A stretch of DNA of 64,000 bases from Carcharhinus amblyrhynchos (Eukaryota), in the NCBI GenBank assembly GCA_965287045.1, contig OZ336870.1:94736001-94800000 (forward strand), read 5' to 3'. Positions within the stretch are counted from its first letter, which is position 1, and each line of letters opens with the position of its first letter. This document shows, in pieces, positions 11,431 through 25,040 of this stretch. The notes under the pieces are model-generated. The model was not told where the DNA came from and did not search any database. It saw only the letters and a list, made by a program, of their open reading frames with translations. The translations under genes and the position numbers were made by a program.

Positions 11431-12699
11431 GGCGTGACTGGCTGTGTGTCCATTCCTGCAGCTTATATACAGCTCTGGCTTGTTAGAGGAGTGCAGGTGC
11501 AGTGAGTGTGGTCAGTCAAGGGCCCGTTGGCAACAAATACTTGTGAAAGATTTTGAATGCTGCATTCAGTTGAGTGTCATTCATCCCTCAGGGTGCTGAT
11601 TGGCTGCCATTCAGTAGGCTTCTGTGTCCGGGGGGGGTGCAATACTCAGGGCTCCCATTCAAGAGAGGAAATGATCACAAGCTGGGGTTGTGCATGTCAG
11701 CACAATGCCAGTTCTCAGAAGGGCAGCAGTGAGGAGAGTATGTTCAAGGGATGGAAGGATTGCATTCCCACATTATCCAGGTCCATGAGGGCATGAGGCG
11801 TGAGGGAAGACGGTGAGGGGAGGGGGGAGGCACAGTGATGAGGCCAGTGGTGTCTCAGTGTGGGGGTTGTGGGGGCCAGCGATGTCTATGGAGGGTGTGG
11901 CTGGGGGCGTGGGGTTGTGAAAGTTGCAATGAGGCCAGTGATGTGTGTGGGGGGAGGGGGGGGGGGGTGTGGGGGTCAGTGATGTGTGTGGGTTATGGGG
12001 TCTAGCAAGGAGGCCAGCAATGTGTGTAGGTGAGTTATGGAGGGCAGCGATTAGGCCAGCAGTGTCTGTATGGGGGGGCAGCAATGAGGCCAGCGATATG
12101 TGTGTGTGTTGGATGGCAATGATCTGGATGCTGGGAGGTCTTTTAAGCAATCTCCCAGAGATGTGCACACGCAAGGGTTCCCGCTCATCCTGCCGATTTC
12201 AGGCTCTTTGGTGTGAATAGCCCTCCCCCGAGCACTTAATGAATGGGACTTCTGCAGTGCACAGAGTGCGGAGATTCAGGTGCGAAGCTGAACTGAGCAA
12301 ACAGTTGGGATTTAGAATAGTTTTCCCACCAATTCAGCACTTTTGGAAGAATCGCCCCCTTTTCAGCTCATTCCCAACAGCATACTGGCACCTGCAGCAA
12401 TAATAAATTATCTACTTGTGTAGTGTCTAATCTTGTGTACATCAGCATTTAGACCAACCATCAAGGAGGCTTTGGTGTAATTAGTTTCTGAGTACAGGTC
12501 ATGGTATCAAACAAAATAGATTAATCAACACTCACTGAAAGTGTGGTTCGATCTGGCCACATTTGTACATAGCTCTGTCTTCTGACACAGAGACAAATGG
12601 GTGTCTTTGAGATGCATGTTTTCCCTGTCTAAATGCACATTTTATTGCATGGCAATCTTCGTCATCAACATAATGAAAAGCATTCATTGGAGATGTTTA

Positions 12700-12760
12700 T
12701 AACTAAATATAAATATACTTATATATATAAATATATCTATATTTATATATATAAATATAC
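12700..12760. repeat. (AT)-rich simple repeat
   Basis: tatataaatatatctatatttatatatataaat seen directly. Confidence 0.85.
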
Positions 12761-12761
12761 A

Positions 12762-12905
12762 ACAGGCAGGGCCAGGGGTAAGGCATAAGAAAAGGCATGC
12801 CTGCAGCATTGAACCTTTTGAAGGAGATGGTGCTATGCATTGTGCGTCTCCAGCAGCTGAAGCAATTGCAACCAGCATTGCTGACAACATCCAGGATGAT
12901 GGTGT
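12762..12905 (+). pseudogene. Possible Harbinger Myb/SANT ORF fragment
   Basis: Frameshifted LNLLKEMVLCIV / SPAAEAIATSIADNIQDDG resembles the recalled post-SANT segment of such ORFs. Confidence 0.35.
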
Positions 12906-13399
12906 GTTCCTGCCTCATGCATTTTTTCAAATCCCATTTTACCCTCACTCCACCATCTGGCACAAAATACAAGCTGCAGATGGTAATATTATGCATCTCT
13001 TGCTTTCTACCAACCCACATTCACTCACCCCAAGCATCTCCTTCTGTATTTATTTGTTGGAACTCTGCCTGAATATGAAGCCTTAACCTAAAAGAAGCAA
13101 GCAACAGCAAACCTCTGAAAAAGGACTGCTACTTAATCTGATAATTACAGTCCACAGCTCAGGTATTGATACTGCACCAATGTCAGAGTAGCCTGTCGAG
13201 TAGTGAACCACTGGGCATGAGAAGACTGCAACCAGGGTAACGTAAAGGATAATTCATGTCCCAGCTTGCAATTTATAGTCAAGTTTGGCTGCAGACTTTG
13301 TAATGAAGACTTTGTAATGTCTTAACTAGGTTAGGGGTTGTGGGTTTTATGCAAAAAGAAAATATCTGTTTTACAGATGTAGATATAAACTAATATTTT

Positions 13400-14865
13400 A
13401 TAGATCTCGCCCAATCCAGCAGGAAAAGGTGGTCACTTTGTCAAAGAAACTGGGCTACATGGAGTTCAGCTGCAGCAACATCTGGACTGATTATAGAAAA
13501 GGCACAGCATGAGATAAGCATTGAGAGTGCAGCAGATACAGCAGCAATGACAGATGGCTGGCTCGATAATAGTTCCATCCATGTCTCGAATGAGTATGCA
13601 CCAAGACATATTTTTAACGTGGATGAAACCAAGCTGTTTTACCAACTTTTACCAGACCTCTCTTTGTATTTTTACAGGTGAAACTTGTAACGGTGGCAAG
13701 AACTGTCACTGCTATGGCCTGTGCCAACATGGATGGAATCAAAAAGCTGATATTTCTTGTGATAAGGAAGTCTAAGAAGCCACATTGCTTCACAAATGTC
13801 AAGATACTGCCACAGAGTACAAGGCTGTCAAAACTGATTGGATGACCTCCAACATTTTTGAGGTGTAGTTCAGGAAAGTAGACAAAAGTTTCAGCAAAAG
13901 AAAAGGAAGATTGCCACCAATGCAGACAACTGCCTTTCACACACTGATACTATTGGCTCAAGAGTGTCAAGTGACATTCTTGGCTCCCAACACCATAGCC
14001 AATGGACCAGGGGTAATGAGGAATCTGAAAACTCACTACCAATTGCAGCTGATCTCTTAGGTTACTTGAGGCCATTGATAAGAAGTTGGAGTACAATACA
14101 ACTGTTATAGGCCATGTTCATGATGACATGCTTGTGGAAGATGGTGACGAAAGCCACAATTTCCAACTGCTTCCACGACACTGGGTTCAACCAGGTTATG
14201 ACTGCACAAGCTGTCAAGAATGAGGAGGATCAGGGTCAAGCCAACTAAACCAATGAAGAAGCACTTTTCTTTCACCTGTGGGAGGCTGGCATGAAAATTC
14301 TAGGTAGAGATAAACATGGGAACTTACACAGAGGTGAGCAATGCTCCATGATGCAAGACAGAACCGACAGATGATGCATTTGGCATGTTCTTCAAACAAG
14401 GGACTTGATGACTCTGATGGGTATGGTGAATTCCCATGCTTTTGCCTGCCTAGTTTCCTAGCCAAGGCAGCAAAGACAATAGAAGTGCTCCAGGATTTTG
14501 CATTGCAACATCAAATCACAGAAAGCATTGATAACCTTGTGGATGTATGGTGTACATGTGAAATTAGCACACTAAGCAGAAGAAGATTACATGTTTTTCC
14601 TGGAGCTAGCTCCTAACATTTTTCAATGCTAACTTCCAGCATTTTACAAGATCGGACCTTTGCAAGGCGTGAACAAATTGAATAATGTTTTCCTTTCACA
14701 CCGAAATTGGTTTCCTGTGTTTTTATTTGGCATTTGAATGAGTTGTTTTGACATAGACCATTTTTGTAGACATATCAGGTTATATTTATGCATTCATGTG
14801 GGAATGGGGTCTCTTCAACTAACACAGAGTTCCACAGGGACTTGACTCATTAAGATTTTACTGTA
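13400..14865 (+). mobile_element. Tigger/pogo (Tc1-mariner superfamily, DDE_1) transposon relic
   Basis: Across frameshifts: DIFNVDETKLFYQLLP, TGETCNGGK, MACANMDG, KSKKPHCFTNVK, WMTSNIFE, TFLAPNT, MDQGVMRNLKTHY; possible right TIR ...attttactg|ta at 14863. Confidence 0.85.
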
Positions 14866-17577
14866 TTATAGGCCATCTAAAATCAATTGAAATTTGGTTA
14901 AATTATTGAGTAAAACCTTATAATAAAAATGTCCAAAACAGAAATTGTGGATGTTTTAGAGATGCAGATCAATGCCAGGTAACGTTTATAATGATTCTAA
15001 ATACACCATTTGTACTCAGGACTGTTCATTTACCAGGTTAACGTTCCATCAATTTGTCTGTTGGCTTATAGCCTGAGAGTCAGACAGGCAGAACATAAAT
15101 TCCTTGATCTACGGAAGATGAGGAGATTACATGGTGATATGTGATACATTTTGGTGAGCTGCAGTTCCTTAACAATGGCTCCCTGCTTCAACACAAACTG
15201 CCAAATGAGAGCAAACTGTGAGCAGACACAGGAGACTTGTATCTAAATTGAATGGGTTGACCCATCGATCTGTTCTAAACAATTTGAGTGACTTGTTAGA
15301 CCCAGCCAACAGTCATTAATTTTCATCCTTTGTGTGCTATAACTAGAAGGAAATAATCCATTATCTATTACATCATTGGCAAAAAATGTTCCATTTTTGT
15401 TGCAGCCTCCAAGAAATTCGATAGAAATGAGTGTCGCTTATATGGTTGTACTTTCACATGTGTTTATCGGCATTAGATGGTTTCCTATGCTTTAGATCCT
15501 GCTTATTCTAATTGTATTGTGATCTTACTGTGGTCTAGTGCAGATCAATAGCCATTTTTCTCTAACAGTTATGACAATACAATTCCTGAAATAAATTCAT
15601 ATCCTCAGAGCTTTTCCATGACCATGATTCAACCTAATTCAATTGACCTCAGGACTATTTCTCAATAAAATCAGCATAAGAAACACTACACTGACCTTTT
15701 TAAGTCACTTTTCTCGACAGCTTTTATGGCTGATTAATTAAAAGACCTTGAAATTGATGCTTAAGGATATAGTAATGTTGAAAAATGTGTGGTTCTAGTT
15801 GGTTTATTGATTCAATTTAGAACCAGCTACTCTGAATTTGCTAAGGCAGGGACTATTATTTCCCACAGTAATAAAAGTTGATTAAAAAAAAAGTAGTTGG
15901 AGTAATAATATCAGTTCATGATACCATGAACACGCATTTTGCATGAATGAAAGCAGGCAAGTAAGAATGAGATAAATACCACGTCAAGGTTACAGTCACC
16001 TACTTAGCTGTTGACTGAATGGCTCTAGGCTATAATGATGACATTTCTGTTGTGAGTTGCTACACTTGAAGCTGAAGAGTTCTACTTTAAATTTTTAATT
16101 TGAATTTATGCCACTTATCAAATGTCAAATTTCAACAATGATGTGTCTGGTGAACTCTTTTCTTTTACCACCTTCTAGCTGAGGTTGAGATTGCAGCCAT
16201 TTATTCTGTTTACAAATGTCTCCCATCTAAACTACATGGGTCCCTGCTAATCACAGAGACGGAACAAGTGGAACAAAGGAATGATATATTGATTTGTTAC
16301 ATTACTGGATTCTTAATACTGGGAATGCAAATTCAGATCTCACACAGTAATTTAAGAATTATTTTGTTTTAAATCTGGGAATATGAAAACCACTATCTGC
16401 AGAAGTGACCACAAAACAGTTAGATTGTCATTCATAGCCAACTGGCTCAGTAATATCCTCAGACAAAGAAATCTGCAGCTTTACTTGGTTTGGACTGTTG
16501 GTAACCCTCTGGTTCACAGCAAAGTGCTTTATGGCTCCTTGAGGCACAATAAGAACTTTCAAAGTGGCTAAATTGGGGATCTTGAGCTGATAAGCCAGTT
16601 AAATCCATTTAGTGCAATACACCATCTGGCTAAAGAAACAGTTGCCAAGAGGATTGTTAAGGAACTGATTGCCACTTGCCTGCTAGTACTCATTAGCAAG
16701 GCTACATACCATGTTGGTGAATAATCCTTGAATCAACTCTTTCTCCTAATAATGGTCACCTGATGTGAAGTAAACAAGTTGTTGTAAGGATTTCAAACAT
16801 TAATATATATTGACTTTTGCTATTCCCTCCTGCTGAAGGTTTGAAGAAGATTTCTAAACAACAGGAGATTTCCTGAATCTTACTTTGAAGTCTTCACTGG
16901 ATCCAGATTTGTTCTGGAAATTTTTTGAAGTTTTTACCTAAAAATAGAGTAAAAGCTGTGCTACTCCACATCCTACAGGAGTCATCAGGAGAAAGAAAAT
17001 GCTTGGCCAATGGACATTCTACTGGACGTCCCCCTTGCCTGTAGGCAAAATGGGAGAGATACGAGACCAGGCAGAGCAGCAGTAGCTGCTGCTCCAGGAG
17101 GAAGGAACAGGAGGGACAGATGGACTTCTTCCCCTGTGTGTACAGCACATCACCTCTCCTCTGCACCTTCTCCACTGGGGTCTCCAGTACTACATCCGAG
17201 AACCTGAGTACCCTTTCCTTTCAGATATCCTGAAATATGCTGTTATGTGTCAGCCAGTCCACTCCACACCTTCAATGGAAATGGCACCATTAGGCTCATA
17301 GCAAAAAGTCTGTATTAGTGCTTGAGTGCACTGCTTTAGTACCTCTATCTTAGCTCCAATTATAACAATCGGCAATTGGAATCAAAATTGTTGCCAATAC
17401 CTGACCTTCAGAAGGTGTGTCTTATTTCCCTTTAAGCAAAATAACCTCCGTTGACATTTCACTGAGAAAACCATTCTATTATATCAAATCATCGGACCAT
17501 GGCAGGTCAAAAAGGGAATTCATTGGGAAACTAGGGTGTATTTTCAAATATGAATAATAAGCAATACATATTAATGT

Positions 17578-18270
17578 AAGACTTAGGAGTAGGAATAGGC
17601 CATCCCACACTTCAAACCTACTCCATCATTCAATAAGATCGTGGCTAAAAAAAAGTCTGAACTCCATTTTCTTGCCTTTCACCCCCCATTGCATGACCAT
17701 TGATTCCTTAGTTTGTCAAAAATCTGTCTATCCCAGCTTTTAATAAATACAATGACCCAGCCTCCAATGCTTGCTGGGGAAGCAAATTCTACAGTCAAAT
17801 GACCCTCTGAGAGAAAGAAAATCTCCTCATCTCTTTTTCAAAAGTGGGAGCTCTTACTTTTAAACTGTGTCACCTAGTTCTGGTCTCCCCTACAACAACA
17901 AGCATGCTCCTGGTATCTATTCTGTCCCGTCACCTCAGGATCCTCTGTTCCAAAAAAAACACTTCTTAATTTTTCTAACTCCAATGGGTATTGTTCAGTC
18001 TTTCCCAATAAGATAAACCCTTCAGCCTCGGAATGAATTGAGTGAACCTTCTCTGAAATGCTTCTGACACAATTATATGTTTTTTTTTAAATAAGGAGAC
18101 CAAAACTGCATACTGTACTCCAGATGTGTCCTGTACAGCTGCCGTAAAGCTTCACCACTCTTATATTTGATTCCCTTTGTGATAAACACCAACATTCCAT
18201 TTGCCTTTCTAATCATTTGCAAACTGCACCTGCAAACTAATGTTTTTATCATTCATGTACCAGAACATTG
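17578..18270 (-). mobile_element. Old CR1 3' fragment
   Basis: Tail aggagtaggaataggccat...cattcaataagatcgtggct and ataaggagaccaaaactgcatactgtactcc (reverse of EYSMQFWSPY). Confidence 0.8.
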
Positions 18271-18904
18271 CACAATACTGAAAAATAAATATTTATTGCC
18301 CATTCCTAATTGGCTTGAAAGCTTTAAAAGTCAATACAGAGTCTGAGACTAGAATAATTTGTACACCAGACTAACGAATAGCAGGTACACCATAAGGCAC
18401 ATTAGTAAATCAGTCAGTTATTCACAATTGACAATAATTCAGCTTTTATTATTAGTTTTCTGATTATAGCTCACAAAATACTACAGCAACTGAATTCAAT
18501 TATCACAGACAGCTTTGGCAAATTTGAACTAAGGACTAGTATGTCAGCCATAGGCTGATGAAGCCTTGATCCCAGAAGGGTATGGTCCTTTTCAGGACCT
18601 CCTCTCCAAACATAATTGCATTTATAATGGAAAGGGATTTTCCATTCATTTTTCTGGCAAAGGTGTTGAAAATATTTGTGGTTAACTTTTCCAATTCATT
18701 GAGTTGCAGGTAACGCCTGCTGCCGACTATTGTGTCTGAATACTACATGCAGCCTGCCCTATCAGTTTTGTGGATTGGCTGCATACATCATGAGTGAATG
18801 CACCTTGCACTTCCTAATAGGAAGGTGCACTGTAGCTGCAAGAAGTGGTGGAAGTCATTTGAAAGCTAATTTTGTGCTATGTTATTTTTGAGCAAAGGTG
18901 AACA

Positions 18905-19030
18905 TGTGTGTGTGAGAGAGAGAGAGCACTGAAATTTTCAGATGCTGTCCTGGAGATCTTAGTAGAAGATAATGGAAAGGAGAGAGATGTCTTGTGTTCA
19001 CACTGGACCAGGAGGCCCTCCAGAAAGATA
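18905..19030 (+). pseudogene. Harbinger Myb/SANT N-terminal relic
   Basis: Translates RERALKFSDAVLEILVEDNGKERDVLCSHWTRRPSRK. Confidence 0.55.
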
Positions 19031-19264
19031 TCATCTCATTTCAGAACCTGAAATCAGAAATATTATATCTCATATTTCTAATTCATTTCAATTTAAGAAG
19101 CAAAGTTTTGTCGTTAAAATGTCTGCTGAAACATGACCTGATCCTAAATGTCTTTTTTGGAGTCCAGGCATTGTGTTTGTTTTAGACCTCTATTTGTGAG
19201 TCCCTTTGCAAGTTGGAAAATAACTATAAGCAAATCTGACCTCTCAGCTGAGTGCAAACTAATT

Positions 19265-21528
19265 GGCCCAGATCTTCCGATCTTCAAATTGTCCAGACAG
19301 ATCCCATAAAGTGCGTTTAGGGACCCCACAGATGTGCCGACTCCATAGGAATTGTGGGGAAGTTTGAATTTCTAATAGGCAATTTCTCTGCTCCCCAGCA
19401 CCCTCTGATTGTCTCCAACTCTGAGTTTGTGTCAGAGACAGTTCTGACTTACCTGGATTACGCAGGAAATACTAGGTAGAAAAATCCCAGTCTAACTCCT
19501 GGGTAATTAACAATTGACTACCCTGACAACCTCCTTGATTTGCCATCACTACCTGATTCCCATCTAACTCCCTTCCTCCCCCAACTCATCCTTATAATTC
19601 AACAAGACTAACCCCCAGTACACACCTCTCTCACTCAACCATCTGAACCCCCTACTCCTGCTGACTTGACCTAACTTGCCCCCACCATCTGAATCCCCTT
19701 GATTAACTTATCTATTCACCTACCTCACTGACCTGCCACCCTTCCCAGCTGCCACCCTTTCTACATGCCACACTATCCACATGCTGCACTACCCAGCTGC
19801 CATCCTACTCATCTACGCATTTATCTCATAAACTACAATATTTAAGAAAGGAGACGGAGGATGGGAAATTATAGGCCAGTTAGCCTGACCTCGGTCATGG
19901 GTAAGATCTTGGAGTTCATTATTAAGGATGAAATTGCAGAGTACTTGGACATGCAAGATAAATAGGGCTTCATCAAAGGAAGGTCGTGTCTGACAAATCT
20001 GTTAGAATTCTTTGAGGGGGTAAAGAAGAAGCTTGACAAAAGAGAGTCAGTGGACATTATTTATTTGGATTTCCAGAAAGCCTTTGACAAGGTGCCTTAC
20101 AGGAGGCTGCTAAATAAACTAAGAGCCAATGGTGTTAGAGGCAAAATACTGGAAAGGATAGAAGATTGTCTGACAGACAGAAGGCAAAGAGTGGAGACAA
20201 GGAGGTTCTTTTCAGGGTGGCAGTCGGTGACTAGGGGTCAGTGTTGGGACCGTTACTTTCCGTCATATACATTAATGAGCTGGAAGATGGAACTGAGGGC
20301 GTGGTTGCTAAATTTGCAGATGATGTAAATATATATAGAGGGACAGATGGCGTTGAGGAAGTGGGGAGGCGAAAGAATGATTTGGACAGGCTAGGAGACT
20401 GGGCAAAGAAGTGGCAGATGAAATAAAATGTGGAAAAGTGTGAGGTTATGCACTTTGGTAGGAAGAATGAGGGGTAGACTATTTCTAAATGGGGAAAAGC
20501 TTTGGAACTCTAAAGCACAAAGGGACTTGGGAGTCCTGCCTCAGAACTCTCTTAAGGTTAACTTGCAGGTTCAGTTGGCAGTTAGGAAGGCAAATACAGT
20601 GTTAGCATTTGTAGCTGGTGGGCTGGAAAACAAGAGCAGGGTGTATTGCTAAGGCTGTATAAGGCTCTGGTCAGATCCAATTTGGAATTTTGTGAGCATT
20701 TTTAGGCACCATACCTAAGGAAGGGTGTGCTGGTCTTCAAGGGAGTCCAGAGGAGGTTCACAAGAATAATCCAAGGAATGAAGGGTTTGTTACACGAGGA
20801 GCAGTTGTGGAATCTGGGTCTGTATTCGATTGAGTTTGGAAGGATGAGGGGGGGTCTAATTAAAACTTACAGAATACTGAAAGGCCTAGATAAAGTGGAT
20901 ATGGAGAGAATATTTCCACTCATGGTAGAGACTAGAACTTGAGGGCACAGCTTCAGAGTGAAGAGATACTCTTTCAAACCTGAGATGAAGAGCAATTTCT
21001 TCAGCCAGAGGGTGATAAATCTGTGGCACTCATTGCCACAGAAGGCTGTGGAGGTCAGGTCATTGCGTGTCTTTAAGACAGAAATAGATAGGTTCTTGAT
21101 CAATAAGGGGGTCAAAGGTTATGGGGAGAAGGCAGGAGAATGGGGATGAGAATCAAATCAGCCATGATTGAATGCCGATGCAGGCTCAATGGGCCAAATG
21201 GCCCTAATTCTGCTCCTATATCTTCTGGTCTTATGACCTCCCCACGTACATACCCAGCCACTCACCCATTCACTCATTCAATAAATCACTAAGAATATTG
21301 GGAACCTTTAAACACTTACCAGAATATGGCAGCTAGTGGTGTATAAGTGGGTGTGTATTTTGCCCTACTTCTCTTTGCTGCTCTCTGTGAGGATTCCTGT
21401 ACTGGGGGAGTTATTTGGCATTATCGATTGGAAATCAGAACCATCTCAACAAATGCAGGTAAGTGGGTAGTTTGCTCTCTGATTAACATCAGACACAAAG
21501 ATTCTGACTCGAATGAGAGTTTTGGGCC
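19265..21528 (+). mobile_element. Non-autonomous TIR element with an internal C-rich tandem region, split by the CR1 at 19830..21236
   Basis: Ends ggcccagatcttcc / gagagttttgggcc; C-rich repeats on both sides of the CR1; siblings at 21907 and 23400..24769. Confidence 0.55.
19830..21236 (+). mobile_element. CR1 LINE (RT domain to 3' tail)
   Basis: ORFs 20050..20328 (DIIYLDFQKAFDKVP), 20241..20426 (VAKFADD), 20958..21149 (NFFSQRVINLW...GYGEKAGEW). Confidence 0.93.
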
Positions 21529-21906
21529 ATCTTTAAAAAAACACCTTTGCGTTTATGTGCAACCAATCACTCCATAATCAATTACCCCTAGGATCAATTG
21601 AATAAGCTATGTAGTTCTCTGTTACCATGGAAACACTAGATGCACCAACATTTCTTGTTCTCAGTGGTGTTATGACCAAATGACAGCAAATATATTTGAT
21701 ATATATTAATTATTGACACAACATTAGAAGTTCAATGGATATGTGGCAATAGCGAGCCTCCCCCATTGCCTCTGGTGGAACTTCCCCTAAATGGCAGAGT
21801 GACAAATAAAGCAGCCAGTATAATTCATGCAATGATATGCTGCATGAAGATATTTTCTGCCCCAATGAATTGAGTTGAAGAAAGGAGCTTGTATGAGGGA
21901 ATCGAT

Positions 21907-22190
21907 AGGCCCAAATCTTCCATTCTCCAGGGGCTCATACCTCAGAGGTACCCCAGAAGATATACTGAGGGCTTCCCAGAGATCTCCATACAAGGATTGT
22001 GGGGAATTGCCCAGGAAGCTAAAACCTCTGATGGGCAATTACCCTGCACCTGAAAGCATCCAAAGCTCTGATTTAAACTGGAGATTTCAGATGGTTTTGA
22101 TTCTCTTAGCAGGATAGCTATCCAGGAAAGGGTGGAAGCATGAAAATCACTTCTAACTGCTGGGTAACTATGCTACTGACTTCTCCCCTC
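21907..22190 (+). mobile_element. Left-end fragment of the 19265-type TIR element
   Basis: ggcccaaatcttcc...ggattgtggggaattgccc parallels 19265..19380. Confidence 0.45.
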
Positions 22191-22619
22191 ACTCCTTCAA
22201 ATAAAGAAGCCACATTGTTGTTTTACCATCATTATCTTATGATTGGTGCCTTTACCTTAAAGAGAAAAACATTAATAACTTCTGCCTCAATATTTCAATC
22301 ATCATTGACCCTATGAAACAGGAGTGTAAATAATAGTATAGGGACTGTGCAGCTCTGCCAGTTTGGATTTTGTCCAACTGCATAATGCCTTGCATTATTT
22401 CATTGAGGATTTCCTACTCAACCTGATGGATTCTCAAACTCATGAGAACAGTGTGTGTAGGTGTTAAGCTGGCACAAGCTAGCTTTACTTATAGAGATTG
22501 TAGTCCAATGGCACCGTGCCACCAGATGCAGAGGAGAGAACTACTGCTCTATGGTTTTAGTCTGTTGCTTTGCATTAGTGGTGATCTGGATCGTACGTTA
22601 CTGTATAGAAGCTAAATAT

Positions 22620-23305
22620 GCATCACAGAATTGTTGCAGCACAGGAGGAAACTATTTGGCCCATTGGGCTGGATTTTCTGGCCTTTTTCATCCCAAAACC
22701 GTAAAATCCTGCCCGAGGTCAATGGAGCTTTCCATGGTCTGCCCCTCACCCGCTGTGATTTCCGTGGTGGGAGGGATATCAAAATTCCAGCCACTGTTTC
22801 TGCACCAGCTCGCCAAAGGACCATCATGACTTATTGCCACTTTCCTGCGTTTTCCCCAAAACCTCCGTATATTGTTTCTATTCAAGTAATCATCCAATGC
22901 CCTCCCAAATGCCTCAATTGAATCTGTGTCCACCACAACTCCAGGCAATACATTCCAGACCTGAACCATTCATTGTGTGAAAAAGCTTTTTCTCACGTTA
23001 CATTTGCTTCTTTTGCAAATCACTTTAAATCTGTACCCTCTCATTCTTTATCCTTGTACAAAGGAAAAAATTTCTCTCTATCAACTCTGTCTAGCCCTCT
23101 CATAATTTTGAGCATCTCCATCAAATCTCCTCTTGGTCTCTTTCTCTCCTAAGAGGATGTCCCTTCAATCTTCTTTAATCTGTCATCACAATTTAAGTTT
23201 CTCAATTCGGGATCAATTCTTGAAAAATTCTGCACTCGTTCCAATGTGTTTATATCCTCCCTTTCGTGTGGCACCCAGAACAGTACACAATATTCCAACT
23301 GAGGG
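22620..23305 (-). mobile_element. CR1 3' fragment with a MITE inserted in its tail
   Basis: ORFs 22688..22969 (VWNVLPGVVV) and 23149..23397 (PQLEYCVLFWVP). Confidence 0.8.
22666..22792. mobile_element. ~130-bp MITE
   Basis: TIRs gggctggatttt / aaaattccagcc; a related decayed copy lies at ~48146..48273. Confidence 0.65.
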
Positions 23306-23399
23306 GAAGAGAGAATAAGTACAAAAAAAGTGTCAGACAATAGATTGGAGAGGGAGAAAAATTTTTGAGAAACTTCACTCCTACTTTTCTGCACCATGC

Positions 23400-24769
23400 T
23401 GGAGGTCTACATTTCTGGCTGATCCTCTGATCCCGACTTCTCCAGAAATATGAAGCATACCTTCAATAATACTGCTTCCTCATAATACTCGATCATCAGA
23501 AGACAAGCTATGGCCCTTTTTATAGCACTAGCTGCTGTATCCTAATAAATTTTCAGTGACGTATAGAAAAGCTGGGCTATATAAATTGCTTTTCAGTAAG
23601 TTAGAGTGTGTGAGTGAATGAGCGAATGTGTAGAGAGTAGGGTGGGTGAGGTAAGTGGGTAAAGGGGTAGGGTAACAGATGGGTTGTAGAATGTGTGAAG
23701 TGGCAATTGAGTAGGGTGGCAGGTGGATAAGGTGGGTGGATAGGTTGGTAAATGGGTAAAGTAGTAGGTGGTTTGGATGGTAGGGTGGCAGGTGAGTAGG
23801 GAGATAGGTGGCTTGGATGGTAAGGCAGCAGGTGAACAGGGAGATAGGTGAGTTGGGTGGTAGGGTGGCAGGTAGTTTGGATGGTAGGGCGGCAGGTGAA
23901 TAGGGAGGTAAATGGGTTGGGTGGTAGAGTAGAAGGTGAGTAGGGAGGTAGGTGGGTTGGATGGTAGGGCGGTAGGTGGATTGGGTGGTAGGTGGCAGGT
24001 GGGTTGGATGGTAGAGTGACAGGTGAGTTAAGTTGGGTAGGATGTTGAGGTCAGGTTAAGTTGAGTTGGTGGAGAATTGGAGGCAGTAGGGGGAACTGGG
24101 TGATGAAGTTGGGTCAAGTTGGGCCAGGGAAAGTCAGTAAAGGGTTAGGGTGGTGGGGAGGTCAGTTAAGTGGATAAGAGGATTAGGTGGCCATTGGTTG
24201 AGGTAAGTGGGTAAGGGAGTAAAGCAGCATGTGGGTGGGGTGGTAAGTGGGTAAGGTAGAAGATGATGGGGTGTTAGGATGCCAGGTGGGTAAGGTTGTG
24301 GCTGGGTAGGCTGATAGGGTGGTGTGGGTAGGATGACGAGGTCGGATCAGGTCCAGAAGAGGTGTCGATTGGTGAGGTCAGGGTAAGATGAATCGTGGAG
24401 TTGGGAGGTCAGGGAGATGCAGTTGGAGCTGGGGGTGGCAGGGGGTGGGGTGGGGGTGGGGGGTGGCGGGGTGGGGGCGGCTGGCTCTGGAGGCCTGTCA
24501 GACATTTGTAGGGGTGCAGTGGGGTGGTTGGGGAGTAAGTTGTATAGTTACTGAGAAGTTAGATTAGGGTTTTTCTCTCTCACATTTCTGGGGTCAGTAA
24601 GTAAGTAAGTAAGCCCCTGACTCATTAGCTCAAAGGTGGGGACATGTTTGGATTAATTGGGAGGAGAATTAATGATCAAAAGTTCAAACCTTCTGGGCAA
24701 TTCCCACAGAAGGATCTCTGAGGAATCCTGACGCATACCTTGGAATTTGGAGACTGGAAAATCTGGGTC
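23400..24769 (-). mobile_element. Reverse-oriented copy of the 19265-type TIR element
   Basis: Right end gggcaattcccacag...ggaaaatctgggtc is the reverse complement of the family left end; tatagcactagctgc mirrors gcagctagtggtgtata at ~21330. Confidence 0.55.
23635..24535 (+). repeat. G-rich degenerate minisatellite (~40-nt unit like ggtgggttggatggtagggtggcaggtgagtagggagata)
   Basis: Repeated units visible at 23765-24030, with GGG runs throughout. Confidence 0.85.
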
Positions 24770-24774
24770 ATAGT

Positions 24775-25040
24775 GAGAGGCAAGAAAAGAAGACCAGAGG
24801 CAGAAGGGAGGTGGGAGAGGGAAGAGTAGGAGAAGGAAAGTTGAGTAAGGGACAAGGAAAGGAGCAAGCCAGACAGAAAGAAAGAAGGTAAAGTAAGAGG
24901 AAGAGACAGAAGGAAAGGAAGAAGAACAAAGAGAAAGGGAGGAGAAAATGAAACAGAGGAAAAGGGATCAGAAGGAGAGGTAAAAGGGGGGTAACTGTAC
25001 AGTCGAAGAGAGAAAAGGATCAACAGAAAAATGAAATTGA
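24775..25040 (+). repeat. Polypurine (GA-rich) low-complexity tract
   Basis: Seen directly; explains the F/S/L-rich ORF 24676..25155(-). Confidence 0.85.

Larger units (their letters stand above)
9079..12359. mobile_element. Decayed PIF/Harbinger DNA transposon with both gene relics
   Basis: Imperfect TIRs ggccccgattctccc / ggaagaatcgcccc flanking convergent transposase and Myb/SANT relics. Confidence 0.8.

Noticed and set aside
13400-14620. Possible TIGD/CENP-B-like host gene
   Set aside because: Multiple frameshifts and stops indicate a Tigger relic.
17010-17300. GC-richer segment with ORFs on both strands
   Set aside because: May be a very decayed Harbinger transposase N-terminus, but the similarity is too weak to call.
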